This document shows, piece by piece, positions 49,979 to 60,732 of a stretch of DNA of 64,000 nucleotides (position 1 is its first letter; every line of letters begins with the position of its first letter). The position numbers and the translations under genes are program-made. This DNA comes from an uncultured delta proteobacterium. Its GTDB lineage: Bacteria > Desulfobacterota > Binatia > UBA9968. The stretch lies in assembly GCA_963727625.1 (NCBI GenBank), contig CAVSHR010000009.1:32001-96000 (forward strand), written 5' to 3'. The notes beneath the pieces were generated by a model. That model searched no databases. It was not told the origin of the DNA and saw nothing but the letters and a program-made list of their open reading frames with translations.

Positions 49979-51490
49979 TTAAAGATGCGGAATGATGATT
50001 TGATTGAGATGATCCAAAGAAGATCGCAACAAATCCAAGACCACGTTGGGATAAATACCGACGATAATTACGATGGCGCCCAACGGTACCAGGGTAAACA
50101 TTTCGCGGCCGTTGATCTCCGGCATTTTCAAATATTTTTCATTGGGCGGGCCGAGAAAAACCCGCTGGAACGTCCAGAGCAGATAGCCGGCGGTCAGGAT
50201 CACGCCGCTGGCGCCGCAAATCGTCAGCACCGGATATCTCTGCCAGCTGCCGAGCAGCACCAACACTTCAGAAATAAAGCCGGATAGACCGGGAAGTCCC
50301 ATGGACGCAAAAAACGCCAGCGCGGTAACCCCGGTGTAGACCGGCATGACCGCGGCCATGCCGCCGAAGCCCTCGATCTCACGATGATGCGCGCGATCAT
50401 AGATCACGCCGACCAGAAGAAAAAGCATGCCGGTAATGGTGCCGTGATTGAACATCTGCAGCACTGCGCCGTTGATACCCTGCGTCGTGAAGCTCGCCAT
50501 ACCGAGCATGACGTAACCCATGTGGCTCACGCTCGAGTAGGCGACCAGTTTTTTGAGATCCGTTTGTGCCATGGCGCAGAACGCACCGTAAATGATATTC
50601 CAGGCACCGAGCGCGCCCAAAAAGACGAACGCCAAATCCGCCGTAGCGCTCGGAAGCATTGGAAAGTTGGTGCGCAGGATACCGTAGGTGCCCATCTTCA
50701 AGAGCACGCCGGCGAGGATAACAGAAATTGCCGTCGGCGCCTCGACGTGAGCATCGGGCAGCCAGGTGTGAAACGGGAACGCCGGGATTTTTATGGCGAA
50801 GCCGATAAACAACGCCATCCAAATGACGTGTTGGAAGCCCCAACCCAATTGATGAAACGGCCAGATCGGCAGCACCGACGTGCCGAATTTATTGCCCTGC
50901 GCCATTAGTATCCGCATGTCGAAAGTGTGCGGGTCGCTTGCGAAATAGAGCGCCAGGATGGCCAGGAGCATGAGAATACTGCCGAATAAGGTATAAAGAA
51001 AAAATTTGATCGCCGCGTATTCGCGCCGCGGCCCGCCCCAGATACCGATGAGAAAATACATCGGCAACAGCATGACTTCCCAAAAAATGTAGAACAAAAA
51101 GAAATCGAGAGCGCAGAAAACACCCATCATGCCGGCATCGAGCATGAGGAATAGCGCAAAATAACCTTTGACCGCCTTGTCGATACCAAAAGAAGCAAAG
51201 ATACAGATAAAACACAACAAGGCGGTCAGCAGCACCATGGAAATGCTCAGGCCGTCAATACCCATGGTGTAGCTGATGTTGTAAGCGGGGATCCAGTGAT
51301 AGTCCTCGACAAATTGGAAACCGGGCGTGCTACGATCGAAATGATTGAACAACCAAACCGCCATCAACAGCGGCGGCACGGTCGCGGCCGCGGACACCCA
51401 ACGAATCAGCTTGGCGTTGTTCGGCAACACAAGCACGATCGCCGCCCCGGCGAGGGGAATAAAAGTCATGTAAGTCAGCACGTTTTCCAT
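49979..51490 (-). CDS. nuoM: NADH-quinone oxidoreductase subunit M
   Basis: FWEVMLLPM, HTWLPDAHVEAPT and KKLVAYSSVSHMG motifs. Confidence 0.96.
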   Translation of the reverse strand: MENVLTYMTFIPLAGAAIVLVLPNNAKLIRWVSAAATVPPLLMAVWLFNHFDRSTPGFQFVEDYHWIPAYNISYTMGIDGLSISMVLLTALLCFICIFASFGIDKAVKGYFALFLMLDAGMMGVFCALDFFLFYIFWEVMLLPMYFLIGIWGGPRREYAAIKFFLYTLFGSILMLLAILALYFASDPHTFDMRILMAQGNKFGTSVLPIWPFHQLGWGFQHVIWMALFIGFAIKIPAFPFHTWLPDAHVEAPTAISVILAGVLLKMGTYGILRTNFPMLPSATADLAFVFLGALGAWNIIYGAFCAMAQTDLKKLVAYSSVSHMGYVMLGMASFTTQGINGAVLQMFNHGTITGMLFLLVGVIYDRAHHREIEGFGGMAAVMPVYTGVTALAFFASMGLPGLSGFISEVLVLLGSWQRYPVLTICGASGVILTAGYLLWTFQRVFLGPPNEKYLKMPEINGREMFTLVPLGAIVIIVGIYPNVVLDLLRSSLDHLNQIIIPHL

Positions 51491-51511
51491 CTTCTGGATA
51501 CTCCCTAGAAC

Positions 51512-53548
51512 TCAGCTCCAGTACCGGATCTTGACGATGATGGCGAGCGCCATGGCAATCAAAATGCCGTAGAGATAACTGTTGATGTTGCCGGTCTGCA
51601 CGCGGCGGAACTTATTGCCGATCCAAAAAATAATGTTGGCGACCGCGTTGACGATGCCGTCGATGATGTAGGCATCGAAAAGCCCGTTCAGCCAGGAAAC
51701 AAAACGCGTGACTGTCGCCGCGCCGTTGACGATGCCGTCGACGACATACTTGTCGAACGCCGATAATAGATTCGCGAGCACTAAAGAGCCGTTGACAAAA
51801 ATAAATTGGTAAATTTCATCGAAATACCATTTGCGGTCGAACAGGCGATAAAATACACCGCCTGCCAGGCCTGAGAAGGTCTCCGGCGACAGCGCTTCGC
51901 GACGGTAAACGAGGTACGCGACGAACGCGCCCAACACCGCCACCGACACGGAAACCGCCATCAGGCTCCACTCCAGGGCGAGGGAGCCGTGCTCTTCGGC
52001 ATGAGCGTGGATCACCGGTTCGAGCCAGTGAGCGAATTGACTGCCGCCCAACACTCCGGGCAATCCGATAAAGCCGGCAAACAGGGCGCCGATCGCCAAG
52101 ACCACCAAGGGCATGGTCATGACCGAGGGTGATTCATGCAAATGTTCTTGGGTATGATGATCCGCCCGGCATTTTCCGTAGAAAGTCATGAACAGCTGGC
52201 GGAACATGTAAAAGGCGGTTATACCGGCGCCGCAGACCGCGAAGAACCAAACACTCCAATGATGATTCGAAGCGGCGAGCCAAAGGATTTCATCCTTGGA
52301 AAAGAAGCCCGCGAAGGGCGGAAAGCCGGAGATGGCCAGCACGGAGATGAAGAACGTGGCGAAAGTGATCGGCATCCACTGCTTGAGGCCGCCCATTTTG
52401 CGCATGTCCTGCTCGTGGTGCATGGCATGGATGACGCTGCCGGCCCCGAGGAACAGGCAGGCCTTGAAGAACGCGTGGGTCATCAGGTGGAACACCGCCG
52501 CGGCGTAGCCACCGACGCCGACGCCGATAAACATGTAACCGAGCTGGCTGACGGTGGAATAGGCCAAGACTTTTTTAATGTCGTACTGCGTCAGCGCGAT
52601 GCTGGCGGCGACTAGCGCGGTTGCGACGCCGATGACGGCGATCACGTTGAGCGTAGCCGGCGCCATCGAAAAGAAAACGTTCATGCGCGCGGTCATGTAG
52701 ACGCCGGCCGTCACCATGGTGGCGGCGTGGATGAGCGCGCTCACCGGTGTCGGTCCGGCCATCGCGTCGGGCAGCCAGACGAACAGTGGAATCTGCGCCG
52801 ATTTGCCGGTCGCCCCGACGAAGAGAAGCAAGGTGGCCAAGGTCACCACCGGCACGCCCCAAAGCGACATATCTTTAATCGACGGCGCCCATTGCACCAT
52901 TTCGCGAAAAGTAAGACTGCCATGCCCCTGCGCGTCGAGCGACCAGAATAGCAGAAACATGCCCAGGACAAAGCCGAAGTCACCTACCCGGTTGACGATA
53001 AAGGCCTTGTTGCCGGCGCGGGCGTTGGCGTGATCCTGATACCAAAAACCGATCAAGGCATAGGAACATAACCCCACGCCCTCCCAGCCGACAAACAAAA
53101 GCAACAGACTGTCGCCCAGCACCAGCGTGAGCATGGCGGCAGTGAATAAGTTGAGATAGGCGAAAAAGCGCCAGAAGGCCTTGTCGTCGTGCATGTAGCC
53201 AATAGAATAAATATGAATCAGCCCGCCGATGCCGGTAACGATCAGAATCATCACGGTCGAGAGCGGATCGATCATGAACGCCATGTCGACCTTGAGCGAG
53301 CCGAGATCGACCCAACGATATATATTGTCGATCAGAAACCGCTTTTCCGGCTCCAGAGCTTTGAGCGTGAAGAAGGCATTCAGGGACAAAAGGAAGGCGA
53401 CGACGACCGGCGCGCAGGCGATCAGTGAGATCGCTCCTTTACCCAGGCTCTTCTGAATCTTGGCGCCCAATAAGCCGTTGATGATCGCGCCGAGCAGCGG
53501 CAAGAAAACGACCCAGCGAATAAAATCGGTTTGAATTGGATGGTCCAT
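51512..53548 (-). CDS. nuoL: NADH-quinone oxidoreductase subunit L
   Basis: GWEGVGLCSY and GKSAQIPL..WLPDAMAGPTPVSALIHAATMV motifs. Confidence 0.96.
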   Translation of the reverse strand: MDHPIQTDFIRWVVFLPLLGAIINGLLGAKIQKSLGKGAISLIACAPVVVAFLLSLNAFFTLKALEPEKRFLIDNIYRWVDLGSLKVDMAFMIDPLSTVMILIVTGIGGLIHIYSIGYMHDDKAFWRFFAYLNLFTAAMLTLVLGDSLLLLFVGWEGVGLCSYALIGFWYQDHANARAGNKAFIVNRVGDFGFVLGMFLLFWSLDAQGHGSLTFREMVQWAPSIKDMSLWGVPVVTLATLLLFVGATGKSAQIPLFVWLPDAMAGPTPVSALIHAATMVTAGVYMTARMNVFFSMAPATLNVIAVIGVATALVAASIALTQYDIKKVLAYSTVSQLGYMFIGVGVGGYAAAVFHLMTHAFFKACLFLGAGSVIHAMHHEQDMRKMGGLKQWMPITFATFFISVLAISGFPPFAGFFSKDEILWLAASNHHWSVWFFAVCGAGITAFYMFRQLFMTFYGKCRADHHTQEHLHESPSVMTMPLVVLAIGALFAGFIGLPGVLGGSQFAHWLEPVIHAHAEEHGSLALEWSLMAVSVSVAVLGAFVAYLVYRREALSPETFSGLAGGVFYRLFDRKWYFDEIYQFIFVNGSLVLANLLSAFDKYVVDGIVNGAATVTRFVSWLNGLFDAYIIDGIVNAVANIIFWIGNKFRRVQTGNINSYLYGILIAMALAIIVKIRYWS

Positions 53549-53596
53549 CTAATCCTTGAACCCTTGAACTTTCGAATCCTCGAACCGTTTAACGAA

Positions 53597-53908
53597 TCAT
53601 TCTTTCAGAGTCTCAGCCGCTTCGACATCGATGGTATGGAAAAGCTGGAAGATCGCCAACACGATCGCCAGGCCCACCGCGGCTTCAGCGGCGGCCAACA
53701 TGATCACGAAGATGGCATAGATCTGGCCATCCGAGTTACCGCTGCCAAAATGGGAAAACGCAACGTAGTTGATATTGGCGCTGTTGAGAATCAGTTCGAC
53801 GCCCATCAGCACGCTGATGGCGTTGCGCCGGGTCAGTACGGTAAAAAGTCCGAAGGCGAAAAGAATCGCGCCGATGACTAGGTAAGAGGAGAGATCGTTC
53901 GGTGACAT
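53597..53908 (-). CDS. nuoK: NADH-quinone oxidoreductase subunit K
   Basis: RRN..LMGVELILN and AAAEAAVGLA motifs. Confidence 0.95.
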   Translation of the reverse strand: MSPNDLSSYLVIGAILFAFGLFTVLTRRNAISVLMGVELILNSANINYVAFSHFGSGNSDGQIYAIFVIMLAAAEAAVGLAIVLAIFQLFHTIDVEAAETLKE

Positions 53909-53910
53909 GG

Positions 53911-54411
53911 CTACTCTTTGATCTCCTTGCGCGACAGCACTACGGCGCCGATCATAGCCGCGAGCAAGACCAAAGAGGCGAGTTCGAACGGGAGCAAGTA
54001 GCTGGACAAGAACAGATCGCCGATTTTCGCCGCGGTCGCCGCGTAAATGACTTTCGGCGTTTTCACCCAGGGAGTTTCTTTCACGGTTTGGATCAATAGG
54101 TAAAGAAAAACACCGACGATGATCAGCGCCGGAATCCGCCCCGCCGCCCGGTTGGTAATCTCGACGTCGGTGATACGATGAGTCAACATGACCGCGAAAA
54201 GAATCAAGACCAGGATGCCGCCGACGTAAATCAGCACCTGCACGGCGGCGACAAAATCGGCGCCGAGAAATACGTAGAGGCCGGCCACGCCCATGAAGGT
54301 GCCGAGCAGGGAGAACGCGGAGTAAATGATATTCCGTGAAAATGCCACCATCCCGGCGGAAACCACCGTAATGAGAGCGATTAGATAAAAAACCGCCGTC
54401 GCGACGTTCAT
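53911..54411 (-). CDS. nuoJ: NADH-quinone oxidoreductase subunit J
   Basis: QVLIYVGGILVL and PFELASLVLLAAMIGA motifs. Confidence 0.95.
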   Translation of the reverse strand: MNVATAVFYLIALITVVSAGMVAFSRNIIYSAFSLLGTFMGVAGLYVFLGADFVAAVQVLIYVGGILVLILFAVMLTHRITDVEITNRAAGRIPALIIVGVFLYLLIQTVKETPWVKTPKVIYAATAAKIGDLFLSSYLLPFELASLVLLAAMIGAVVLSRKEIKE

Positions 54412-54531
54412 AATAAACTGTCAGGATCGCAGAAAGTTGAAGATGTCTTGGGTCAATTACCGGAAGTTGCGATTTGGATCAAGGGGCCCGATCCATGATT
54501 TCCCCCGCCGCCCCGCTTCCAATGCTCATCC

Positions 54532-55086
54532 CTACTCTGCTGCGCTTCCCCCTCCATCTGGCGTAGCGAACTCATCGAGATATTTTTGTCCGATTTCGAC
54601 TTTCGTCACCAACTTCGGTTCGGTTTCGCCGCCCTTCTTTGGCTTGTAGAGATTCGCCGGCTGCGGCGCAAAATGGCGCACCAAACCCGCCGGGTTATAA
54701 CTCGCGCCTTCGAATTCCTGCGAATGGCGGATAGCGCCGGTCGGACAAGCTTCAGAACAGAGCCCGCAATACATGCACTTGCAGACATCGATATCGAAGT
54801 GGCTGAATTTGCGCACCTTGGTTTCCTTGTCCATCTCGATGCCGATCGTAATGCACGTGATCGGACAGTCTCTTTCGCAGGCCAGACAACCCGTGCAGAT
54901 ATCGAGATCGACTTCGAGGATACCGCGATAACGGAGCGGCAGGGTTTCCTGAATCGGCACCGGAATCTTGTCCGGGTATTGAATCGTCATCGGCCGGCGC
55001 ACCAGATGAGACAGGGTGATCGACATCCCCTCGAACGTCGAGCTGATCGCCTGCCAGATATCTTTTCCGTAGCTTAGGGCATTCAT
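54532..55086 (-). CDS. nuoI: NADH-quinone oxidoreductase subunit I
   Basis: TIQYP, RYRG and two CxxCxxCxxxCP motifs. Confidence 0.93.
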   Translation of the reverse strand: MNALSYGKDIWQAISSTFEGMSITLSHLVRRPMTIQYPDKIPVPIQETLPLRYRGILEVDLDICTGCLACERDCPITCITIGIEMDKETKVRKFSHFDIDVCKCMYCGLCSEACPTGAIRHSQEFEGASYNPAGLVRHFAPQPANLYKPKKGGETEPKLVTKVEIGQKYLDEFATPDGGGSAAE

Positions 55087-55099
55087 AGAACCTCAGCCG

Positions 55100-56296
55100 C
55101 TAAATTTGCGGTTTAAAATAAAGCTCCGGCTTCGCGTTGCGAATCTGAAAGACCACCCGCATGAAGAAGATAATCGCAACGGCGACCGCGAAGCCCAAAG
55201 TCGCCGCGCTGATGATCCGATGCAGATCGCTGGGTACGAACATAAACCCGATGGTGCCGAGCAGACAGACAAACGACAGCGGCACCATATACTTCCAACA
55301 AAGCGCCATCAACTGATCGACGCGCACGCGCGGCAGAGTCGCGCGCACCCACATAGCGACGAACACCCATAAATAAGCTTTCAAGAAAAACGTCACGAAT
55401 TGGGCTATGCCCAAGAGCACCGGGCTGTTCTCGAAGATCGGCAGCGGCGGCACTTGCCAACCGCCCAAAAACAACGTGGTGGCCACCGCGCCAATGACAT
55501 AAAGGTTGCCCCACTCGGCGAAGAAGAAAAATAGAAAACGCATGCCGCTGTATTCGGTCACGTAGCCGGCGACGAGCTCGGACTCGGCTTCCGGGATATC
55601 GAACGGCGTGCGGTTGCCTTCGGCGAGCGCCGCCGTGAAGTAGAGGAAAAACGCCGCAAAGGTAAATGGATTGTTGAACAGGAACCAGTCCCAGGGCCCC
55701 CAGCCTTGGGCCTGGATGATTCCCTGCATGCTCATCGTGCCGGCAAGAAATACGATGGTGAGAATCGACAAACCCGCCGGAATTTCATAGCTGACAATTT
55801 GCGCCGCAGAGCGCATGCCGCCGAGCAGCGACCACTTGTTGTTCGATGACCAGCCGGCCATGAGAATGCCGACCACCACCAGCGAAGTGACCGCGAGGAT
55901 ATAGAGGATCCCGATGTTGAGATCGGCGACGATCAGGCTGCCGCCGAAGGGAATGACCACGAAAGTGCAGAGAAACCCCATGAACACGACGTACGGCGCC
56001 AGCGCGAAAAGCTTGGCGTCCGCTGCCGCGGGAATCAAATCTTCCTTGAGCAAATTTTTGATTCCGTCGGCGAGCCATTGGAGAATTCCCTGGGGCCCGA
56101 CCCGGTTTGGGCCGACCCGCGATTGCATGCGCGCCCACACTCGCCGCTCTAGCCAACTGGTAACCCCGGCGAGCGGCGCGACAAACGCGGAAAGCACGAC
56201 GAGCGCCACCAGTACCATCGCGATCGCGTAGACGACTTCTATCGGCATCCCGGCAAAGGCGCCGTCTTTGATCATCCGGTCAAGATAAGCTTGCAT
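55100..56296 (-). CDS. nuoH: NADH-quinone oxidoreductase subunit H
   Basis: ERR..R.GPNRVG, AQIVSYE and NRTPFDIPEAESELVAG motifs. Confidence 0.96.
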   Translation of the reverse strand: MQAYLDRMIKDGAFAGMPIEVVYAIAMVLVALVVLSAFVAPLAGVTSWLERRVWARMQSRVGPNRVGPQGILQWLADGIKNLLKEDLIPAAADAKLFALAPYVVFMGFLCTFVVIPFGGSLIVADLNIGILYILAVTSLVVVGILMAGWSSNNKWSLLGGMRSAAQIVSYEIPAGLSILTIVFLAGTMSMQGIIQAQGWGPWDWFLFNNPFTFAAFFLYFTAALAEGNRTPFDIPEAESELVAGYVTEYSGMRFLFFFFAEWGNLYVIGAVATTLFLGGWQVPPLPIFENSPVLLGIAQFVTFFLKAYLWVFVAMWVRATLPRVRVDQLMALCWKYMVPLSFVCLLGTIGFMFVPSDLHRIISAATLGFAVAVAIIFFMRVVFQIRNAKPELYFKPQI

Positions 56297-56315
56297 GATC
56301 GATATGAATCCCGTT

Positions 56316-57455
56316 CTAGCGGTCGATCTCCGGCGCGTCGACGTCCAGGCTGCCGATCAAGGCGATCAGGTCGGCGAGCATGATCCCCTTGCTGATTTTG
56401 TCGATGATGCTCATCGCGGTGTAGGAACCGGTGCGGATGCGGACGCGATAGGGATACTCGCTGCCGTCGCTGACCACGTAAAACCCCATGTCGCCGCGCG
56501 GCGCTTCGACGCGGGCATAGCACTCCCCCGCCGGGGGACGAAATTTTTTCGGCACCTTGGCGATCGCCGGTCCCTTCGGCATCGTCTTGAGACACTGACG
56601 CAAAATCTTAACGCTTTCCTGCATCTCGCGAATGCGCACCCAGTAACGATCGAAGCTGTCGCCCAATATGCCCAACTGAGCGTTGCCGATGGGCACTTCG
56701 AAATCCAATTCGGGATAGATCGAATAGGGAATATCGCGCCGGATGTCCCACTTGACTCCGGAGCCGCGCAGGTTCGGTCCGACCAGGTTATAGGAAAAAG
56801 CGTCTTCTTTGCTGACCACCGCCACACCGGCCAGCCGCTCGATAAAAATCTTGTTGCCCGAGAGCAAGCGGTTAAATTCGCCAACGATCGGTTCGAAGTG
56901 ATCGAGGAATTGACCGATTCGAGCGCAGGTTTCCGGGAAAATATCGTAGCCGACACCGCCGATGCGAATGTAATTATAGGTGAGCCGCGCGCCACAGATT
57001 TCCTCCATCAGATTGTTGATGGTTTCCCGTTCTCTCAGCGCGTGGACGAACGGCGTCATGGCGCCGATATCCTGGCCGAAGGTGCCGACCGAAATCAGAT
57101 GGCTGGCAATCCGGTTGAGCTCGCAGGCGATCACGCGGCAAAACTCGCCGCGCCGGGTCACTTCGGTTCCAGCGAGCTTCTCGGCCGCCATGCAGAAGGC
57201 CTGATTGGCAAACATTGCGGCCAAATAATCGGCCCGGTCGGTGTAAGGCACATAGCCATGATAGGTGACCTTCTCGCCGATTTTTTCGATCGAACGATGC
57301 AGGTAACCGACGTCGGGGATCGCCTCGCTGATGACTTCGCCGTCGGTTTTCACCACGAAGCGCAACACGCCATGGGTGCTGGGGTGCTGCGGACCGACGC
57401 TGATGGTCATGTCCTCGGTATAAAAACCGGTCTCTGCTTGAGCCGTTTCGTTCAT
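56316..57455 (-). CDS. nuoD: NADH-quinone oxidoreductase subunit D
   Basis: [26 protein letters not shown] and terminal EIDR. Confidence 0.95.
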   Translation of the reverse strand: MNETAQAETGFYTEDMTISVGPQHPSTHGVLRFVVKTDGEVISEAIPDVGYLHRSIEKIGEKVTYHGYVPYTDRADYLAAMFANQAFCMAAEKLAGTEVTRRGEFCRVIACELNRIASHLISVGTFGQDIGAMTPFVHALRERETINNLMEEICGARLTYNYIRIGGVGYDIFPETCARIGQFLDHFEPIVGEFNRLLSGNKIFIERLAGVAVVSKEDAFSYNLVGPNLRGSGVKWDIRRDIPYSIYPELDFEVPIGNAQLGILGDSFDRYWVRIREMQESVKILRQCLKTMPKGPAIAKVPKKFRPPAGECYARVEAPRGDMGFYVVSDGSEYPYRVRIRTGSYTAMSIIDKISKGIMLADLIALIGSLDVDAPEIDR

Positions 57456-57462
57456 TGCTTTC

Positions 57463-57969
57463 CTATCGCAATAGCTTCTCGACCAATGGCGCCCGTTGCG
57501 TGCTGATGCCGTCGTATTCTTCCTGCTCGACGTAGTCCTTGCGCAGCGGGTGGCCGGTCCAGTCTTCCGGCAGCATGATCCGGCGCAAGTCGCTGTGCCC
57601 CTCGAAGATCACGCCGAAAAGATCGTAAACCTCGCGCTCGAACCAATTCGCCACCTTCCAAACCGCCTCGACGGTGGAGATTTTCGGGTTGTCACGCGGC
57701 AGATCGACCTTGAGCACGATCTGATGATTCAGCGAGTAAGAAAACAGGTGGTAAACGACTTGTATCTTTTCTTCCTTGGGCCAATCGAGAGCGGTTAAAT
57801 CGGATAGAACTTCGAATTTGAGCCCGGCGCCGTCGCGCAGAAAGCGGCAGACTTCGACGATCGAATCGCACTCGGCCGTCAAGTAGGGGTCCAAGACGTC
57901 GCCCTTAAAATCCCTCACCTTGCCGGGAAACTGTTTTTCTAAGCCCGCGTATATCTCTTTTGCGTCCAT
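57463..57969 (-). CDS. nuoC: NADH-quinone oxidoreductase subunit C
   Basis: [17 protein letters not shown] and GHPLRKDY motifs. Confidence 0.95.
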   Translation of the reverse strand: MDAKEIYAGLEKQFPGKVRDFKGDVLDPYLTAECDSIVEVCRFLRDGAGLKFEVLSDLTALDWPKEEKIQVVYHLFSYSLNHQIVLKVDLPRDNPKISTVEAVWKVANWFEREVYDLFGVIFEGHSDLRRIMLPEDWTGHPLRKDYVEQEEYDGISTQRAPLVEKLLR

Positions 57970-57975
57970 TGTGAT

Positions 57976-58488
57976 TTACGCTTCGGGCCGCTCTTGCGCC
58001 GGTCGCGACGGCTTAACCAGCCAGCGTTCGCGCATCATCTTATCTTGAATCCGTAGCAGTCCTTCGGTGAGCGCCTCTGGACGGGGCGGACAGCCGGGCA
58101 CGTAAACGTCCACTGGAATGATCTTATCGACACCCTTGCAAACCGAGTAGGCAAGCTGAAAAAGCCCGCCGCAATTCGAGCAGCTGCCCATGGAAATCAC
58201 GTACTTCGGATCCGGCATCTGATCGTAAAGCAGCTTGGTTCGCTTGGCCATCTTGTAAGTCAACGTACCCGCGACGATCATCAGATCCGACTGCCTTGGC
58301 GTCGCCCGCGGCACCGCGCCGAAGCGATCAAGATCCGCCCGCGGCCCACCGGTTTGCATCAGCTCGATGGCGCAACAGGCCAGACCGAAGAGCATGTACC
58401 ATTGCGAGGAGGCGCGCCCCCAATTGAGCAAGTCGTCAACTTTCGTCGTGAAAACCGTTTCCGGCAGAGAATTGATTAAAGGTTTCAT
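57976..58488 (-). CDS. nuoB: NADH-quinone oxidoreductase subunit B
   Basis: [13 protein letters not shown] and PGCPPRPE; start at MKPLINS after GGAG. Confidence 0.95.
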   Translation of the reverse strand: MKPLINSLPETVFTTKVDDLLNWGRASSQWYMLFGLACCAIELMQTGGPRADLDRFGAVPRATPRQSDLMIVAGTLTYKMAKRTKLLYDQMPDPKYVISMGSCSNCGGLFQLAYSVCKGVDKIIPVDVYVPGCPPRPEALTEGLLRIQDKMMRERWLVKPSRPAQERPEA

Positions 58489-58507
58489 GCCAGGGCTCCT
58501 AACGGCA

Positions 58508-58894
58508 TCAGGCCTTGATTTTCTTGACCCACTCCAAATCTCCTTTGACCCAGGCGTAAACCAGGCCAAGAAAGAGAACGCCGACAAAAAGCAATATTTC
58601 GATCAGCGCGAAAACGCCTACGCCGCCCTCGACCCAGCGGCGAAACACGGAAGCCACGGGAAAAATGAAGGCAATTTCAACTTCGAAGATGATAAAGATC
58701 AGCGCGACGATGTAAAAGCGGATGTTGAAATTCACCCACGCGCTGCCCATCGCCGGCTCGCCGCACTCGTAGGTCGAGAGCTTTCGCGCTTGCGGGTTGG
58801 ACGGACGCAGCAGCTTGCCAATCAATAGATTGACCCCGACAAAGCCCAGGCCCAATGCCGTGAACACCAAGACATTCGCAAAATCAAATAACAT
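58508..58894 (-). CDS. nuoA: NADH-quinone oxidoreductase subunit A
   Basis: [18 protein letters not shown] and [10 protein letters not shown] motifs. Confidence 0.95.
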   Translation of the reverse strand: MLFDFANVLVFTALGLGFVGVNLLIGKLLRPSNPQARKLSTYECGEPAMGSAWVNFNIRFYIVALIFIIFEVEIAFIFPVASVFRRWVEGGVGVFALIEILLFVGVLFLGLVYAWVKGDLEWVKKIKA

Positions 58895-59124
58895 CGTAAG
58901 TTTCCGAAATTGCTCTAGAAGAGAGGCTATAATTGGTATTAATCACAAAAGCTCTGGAGAATCAACCAGCTCTCTGCGCCGCTTTCCGCCTAACTTTGTT
59001 TGCGGTAGCGAATTTTTTTGACTACATTTAGCGCCGGTCGACGGGTTGCCTTTCCAAGATCTGCAAATTCATTCCAAGCAGCCGTCTACACAGCGGAATC
59101 GGAGATTTAAGCGGGTGAAATTGG

Positions 59125-59345
59125 GACTAAAATTCGGCGCCGCGTTGAGCGTCCTGCAAAAAATCCTGCGCGCCGAAGATCGCTTACTCGAAGACGGTTA
59201 CAAAGAATACTGCGGCGCGATTTCCAGTCCGCCCTATCCAGGGTTGAAAGGTCTCGGAGCCGTGCGCGCCGGCCTGGTGGATTCGACACCGCGGCTCAGG
59301 AACGCAGACTTGAGAAAATATGTTGACGATAGATTTAAGCCAGGT
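59125..59345 (+). pseudogene. C-terminal remnant of an ABC-type substrate-binding protein
   Basis: ..LEDGYKEY..PPYPGLKGLGAV..P...ADLRKYVDDRF resembles the tail of SsuA/NMT1-like binding proteins. No signal peptide or N-terminal part. Confidence 0.4.
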
Positions 59346-59417
59346 AGCCGCGGTTTTCTAGTTCAAGATCTGACCTTGAACTTTGAACGTTAAACTTGTG
59401 AACCGGCCGGAGGCCCC

Positions 59418-60629
59418 ATGAGAATCGAAACCGAACGAAAAATACGCCGCTGGCGCGAGCAGCGCTGGATCTTGGATCAAGTCATTCAAACCCGGGGCAT
59501 CGACTGGGACCAGGGTCGCACCGGAAAGATCCTTCGCAACTGCGGCCCGGCCGTCCAGGCCGACCTGCAGGAAGTCTGCCGGCGCATTCAAAAATTCGTC
59601 GACATCCCGCGCGAGTTCAGCCGCGCCGCGGCGCGCCGTGAAGAACAGGGGCGCCAGGCCGAGGCCGCCGGCCATCTGCCCGAAGCGCGCGACCACTACT
59701 ACATCGCCGCCTGTTTTTACACCAACGCCATGTGGGCGATCTATGAAGACGGCAACCCAGAGCGGATTCACTGGCAGGAAAGAAAGCACGCCTGTTACGA
59801 TAAATTTATCGCCTTCGCGGCCCGGCCCATCGAGCGCGTCGAGCTGCCCTATGAGGGGAAAAAGATACAGGCGATTTTGCATCTGCCGCCGAATCGAAAG
59901 CCGGATGAGAAAGTCCCCTGCATCATGTACATCCCGGGCATGGACGGGGTGAAAGAAGACAACCCGGCGACCGGCGATCCGTTTCTCGAGCGCGGCTTCG
60001 CGGTGCTCGCTATCGACGGCCCCGGCCAAGGCGAGACCCGCGAAGGCGGGATTTGCTGCACGGCGTCCAACTATGCCGACGCCGGCAAGCTCGCCTGCGA
60101 TTATTTGGTCAAACGGCCGGAGATCGACGCGCAGAGACTCGGAATTATGGGTTCGAGCATGGGCTCCTACTGGGCGCCGCGCGTGGTCGCCGAAGAGAAA
60201 CGCTTCAAAGCCTGTGCCGTCAGCGGCGTCTGCATGGAACCGGGCCAGTTCGCGATTTTCAACATGTCGTCGCCGACTTTTAAATTAAATTATATGTACA
60301 TGTCGGGCTACGACGACGAGGCCGCCTTCGACGAGTTTACGACGACGCTGAGTCTCGAAGGCGTCACTGCCAAGATCAACTGTCCTTATATGGTTGCCGC
60401 CGGCGAAGACGACGAGCATTGCGATATGAAATTCGTTTACCGGTTGATGGGCGAGATCCCCGCGCCCAAGCTGCTCTACGTTTTCGAAGGCGAGCGTCAC
60501 TCGATTCGCAATCCGCGCTCACGTCCGCTGGTGGTCAACTGGCTCATCGACACCCTGCTCGGCAAGCCGTTCAAGTCGGAAATCGTCCGAGTCGAGACCA
60601 GCGGCAAGGAAGTGCACCGGGATTGGTAA
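59418..60629 (+). CDS. Alpha/beta hydrolase (FrsA / dihydroxypseudooxynicotine hydrolase-like)
   Basis: PGMDGVKE, DGPGQGE, GSSMG nucleophile elbow, GEDD and a late His (ERH). Confidence 0.82.
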   Translation: MRIETERKIRRWREQRWILDQVIQTRGIDWDQGRTGKILRNCGPAVQADLQEVCRRIQKFVDIPREFSRAAARREEQGRQAEAAGHLPEARDHYYIAACFYTNAMWAIYEDGNPERIHWQERKHACYDKFIAFAARPIERVELPYEGKKIQAILHLPPNRKPDEKVPCIMYIPGMDGVKEDNPATGDPFLERGFAVLAIDGPGQGETREGGICCTASNYADAGKLACDYLVKRPEIDAQRLGIMGSSMGSYWAPRVVAEEKRFKACAVSGVCMEPGQFAIFNMSSPTFKLNYMYMSGYDDEAAFDEFTTTLSLEGVTAKINCPYMVAAGEDDEHCDMKFVYRLMGEIPAPKLLYVFEGERHSIRNPRSRPLVVNWLIDTLLGKPFKSEIVRVETSGKEVHRDW

Positions 60630-60633
60630 ATGC

Positions 60634-60714
60634 CGTGCTCGTGGGCGTGAAACGTGATCGTGACAGAACGAACACGGGACACGGGCACGCACGCGATTCA
60701 CGACCACGAGCACG
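60634..60714. repeat. Intergenic inverted repeat built of CGTG/CACG units
   Basis: CGTGCTCGTGGGCGTGAA (60634-51) pairs with TTCACGACCACGAGCACG (60697-714), 17 of 18 positions. Confidence 0.8.
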
Positions 60715-60732
60715 ATGAGATAGGTGGCAGGG

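Noticed and set aside
56295-57506. 403-aa plus-strand ORF
   Set aside because: Antisense shadow of nuoD.
60634-60714. Possible mini CRISPR array
   Set aside because: No constant-length direct repeats with unique spacers and no cas genes.
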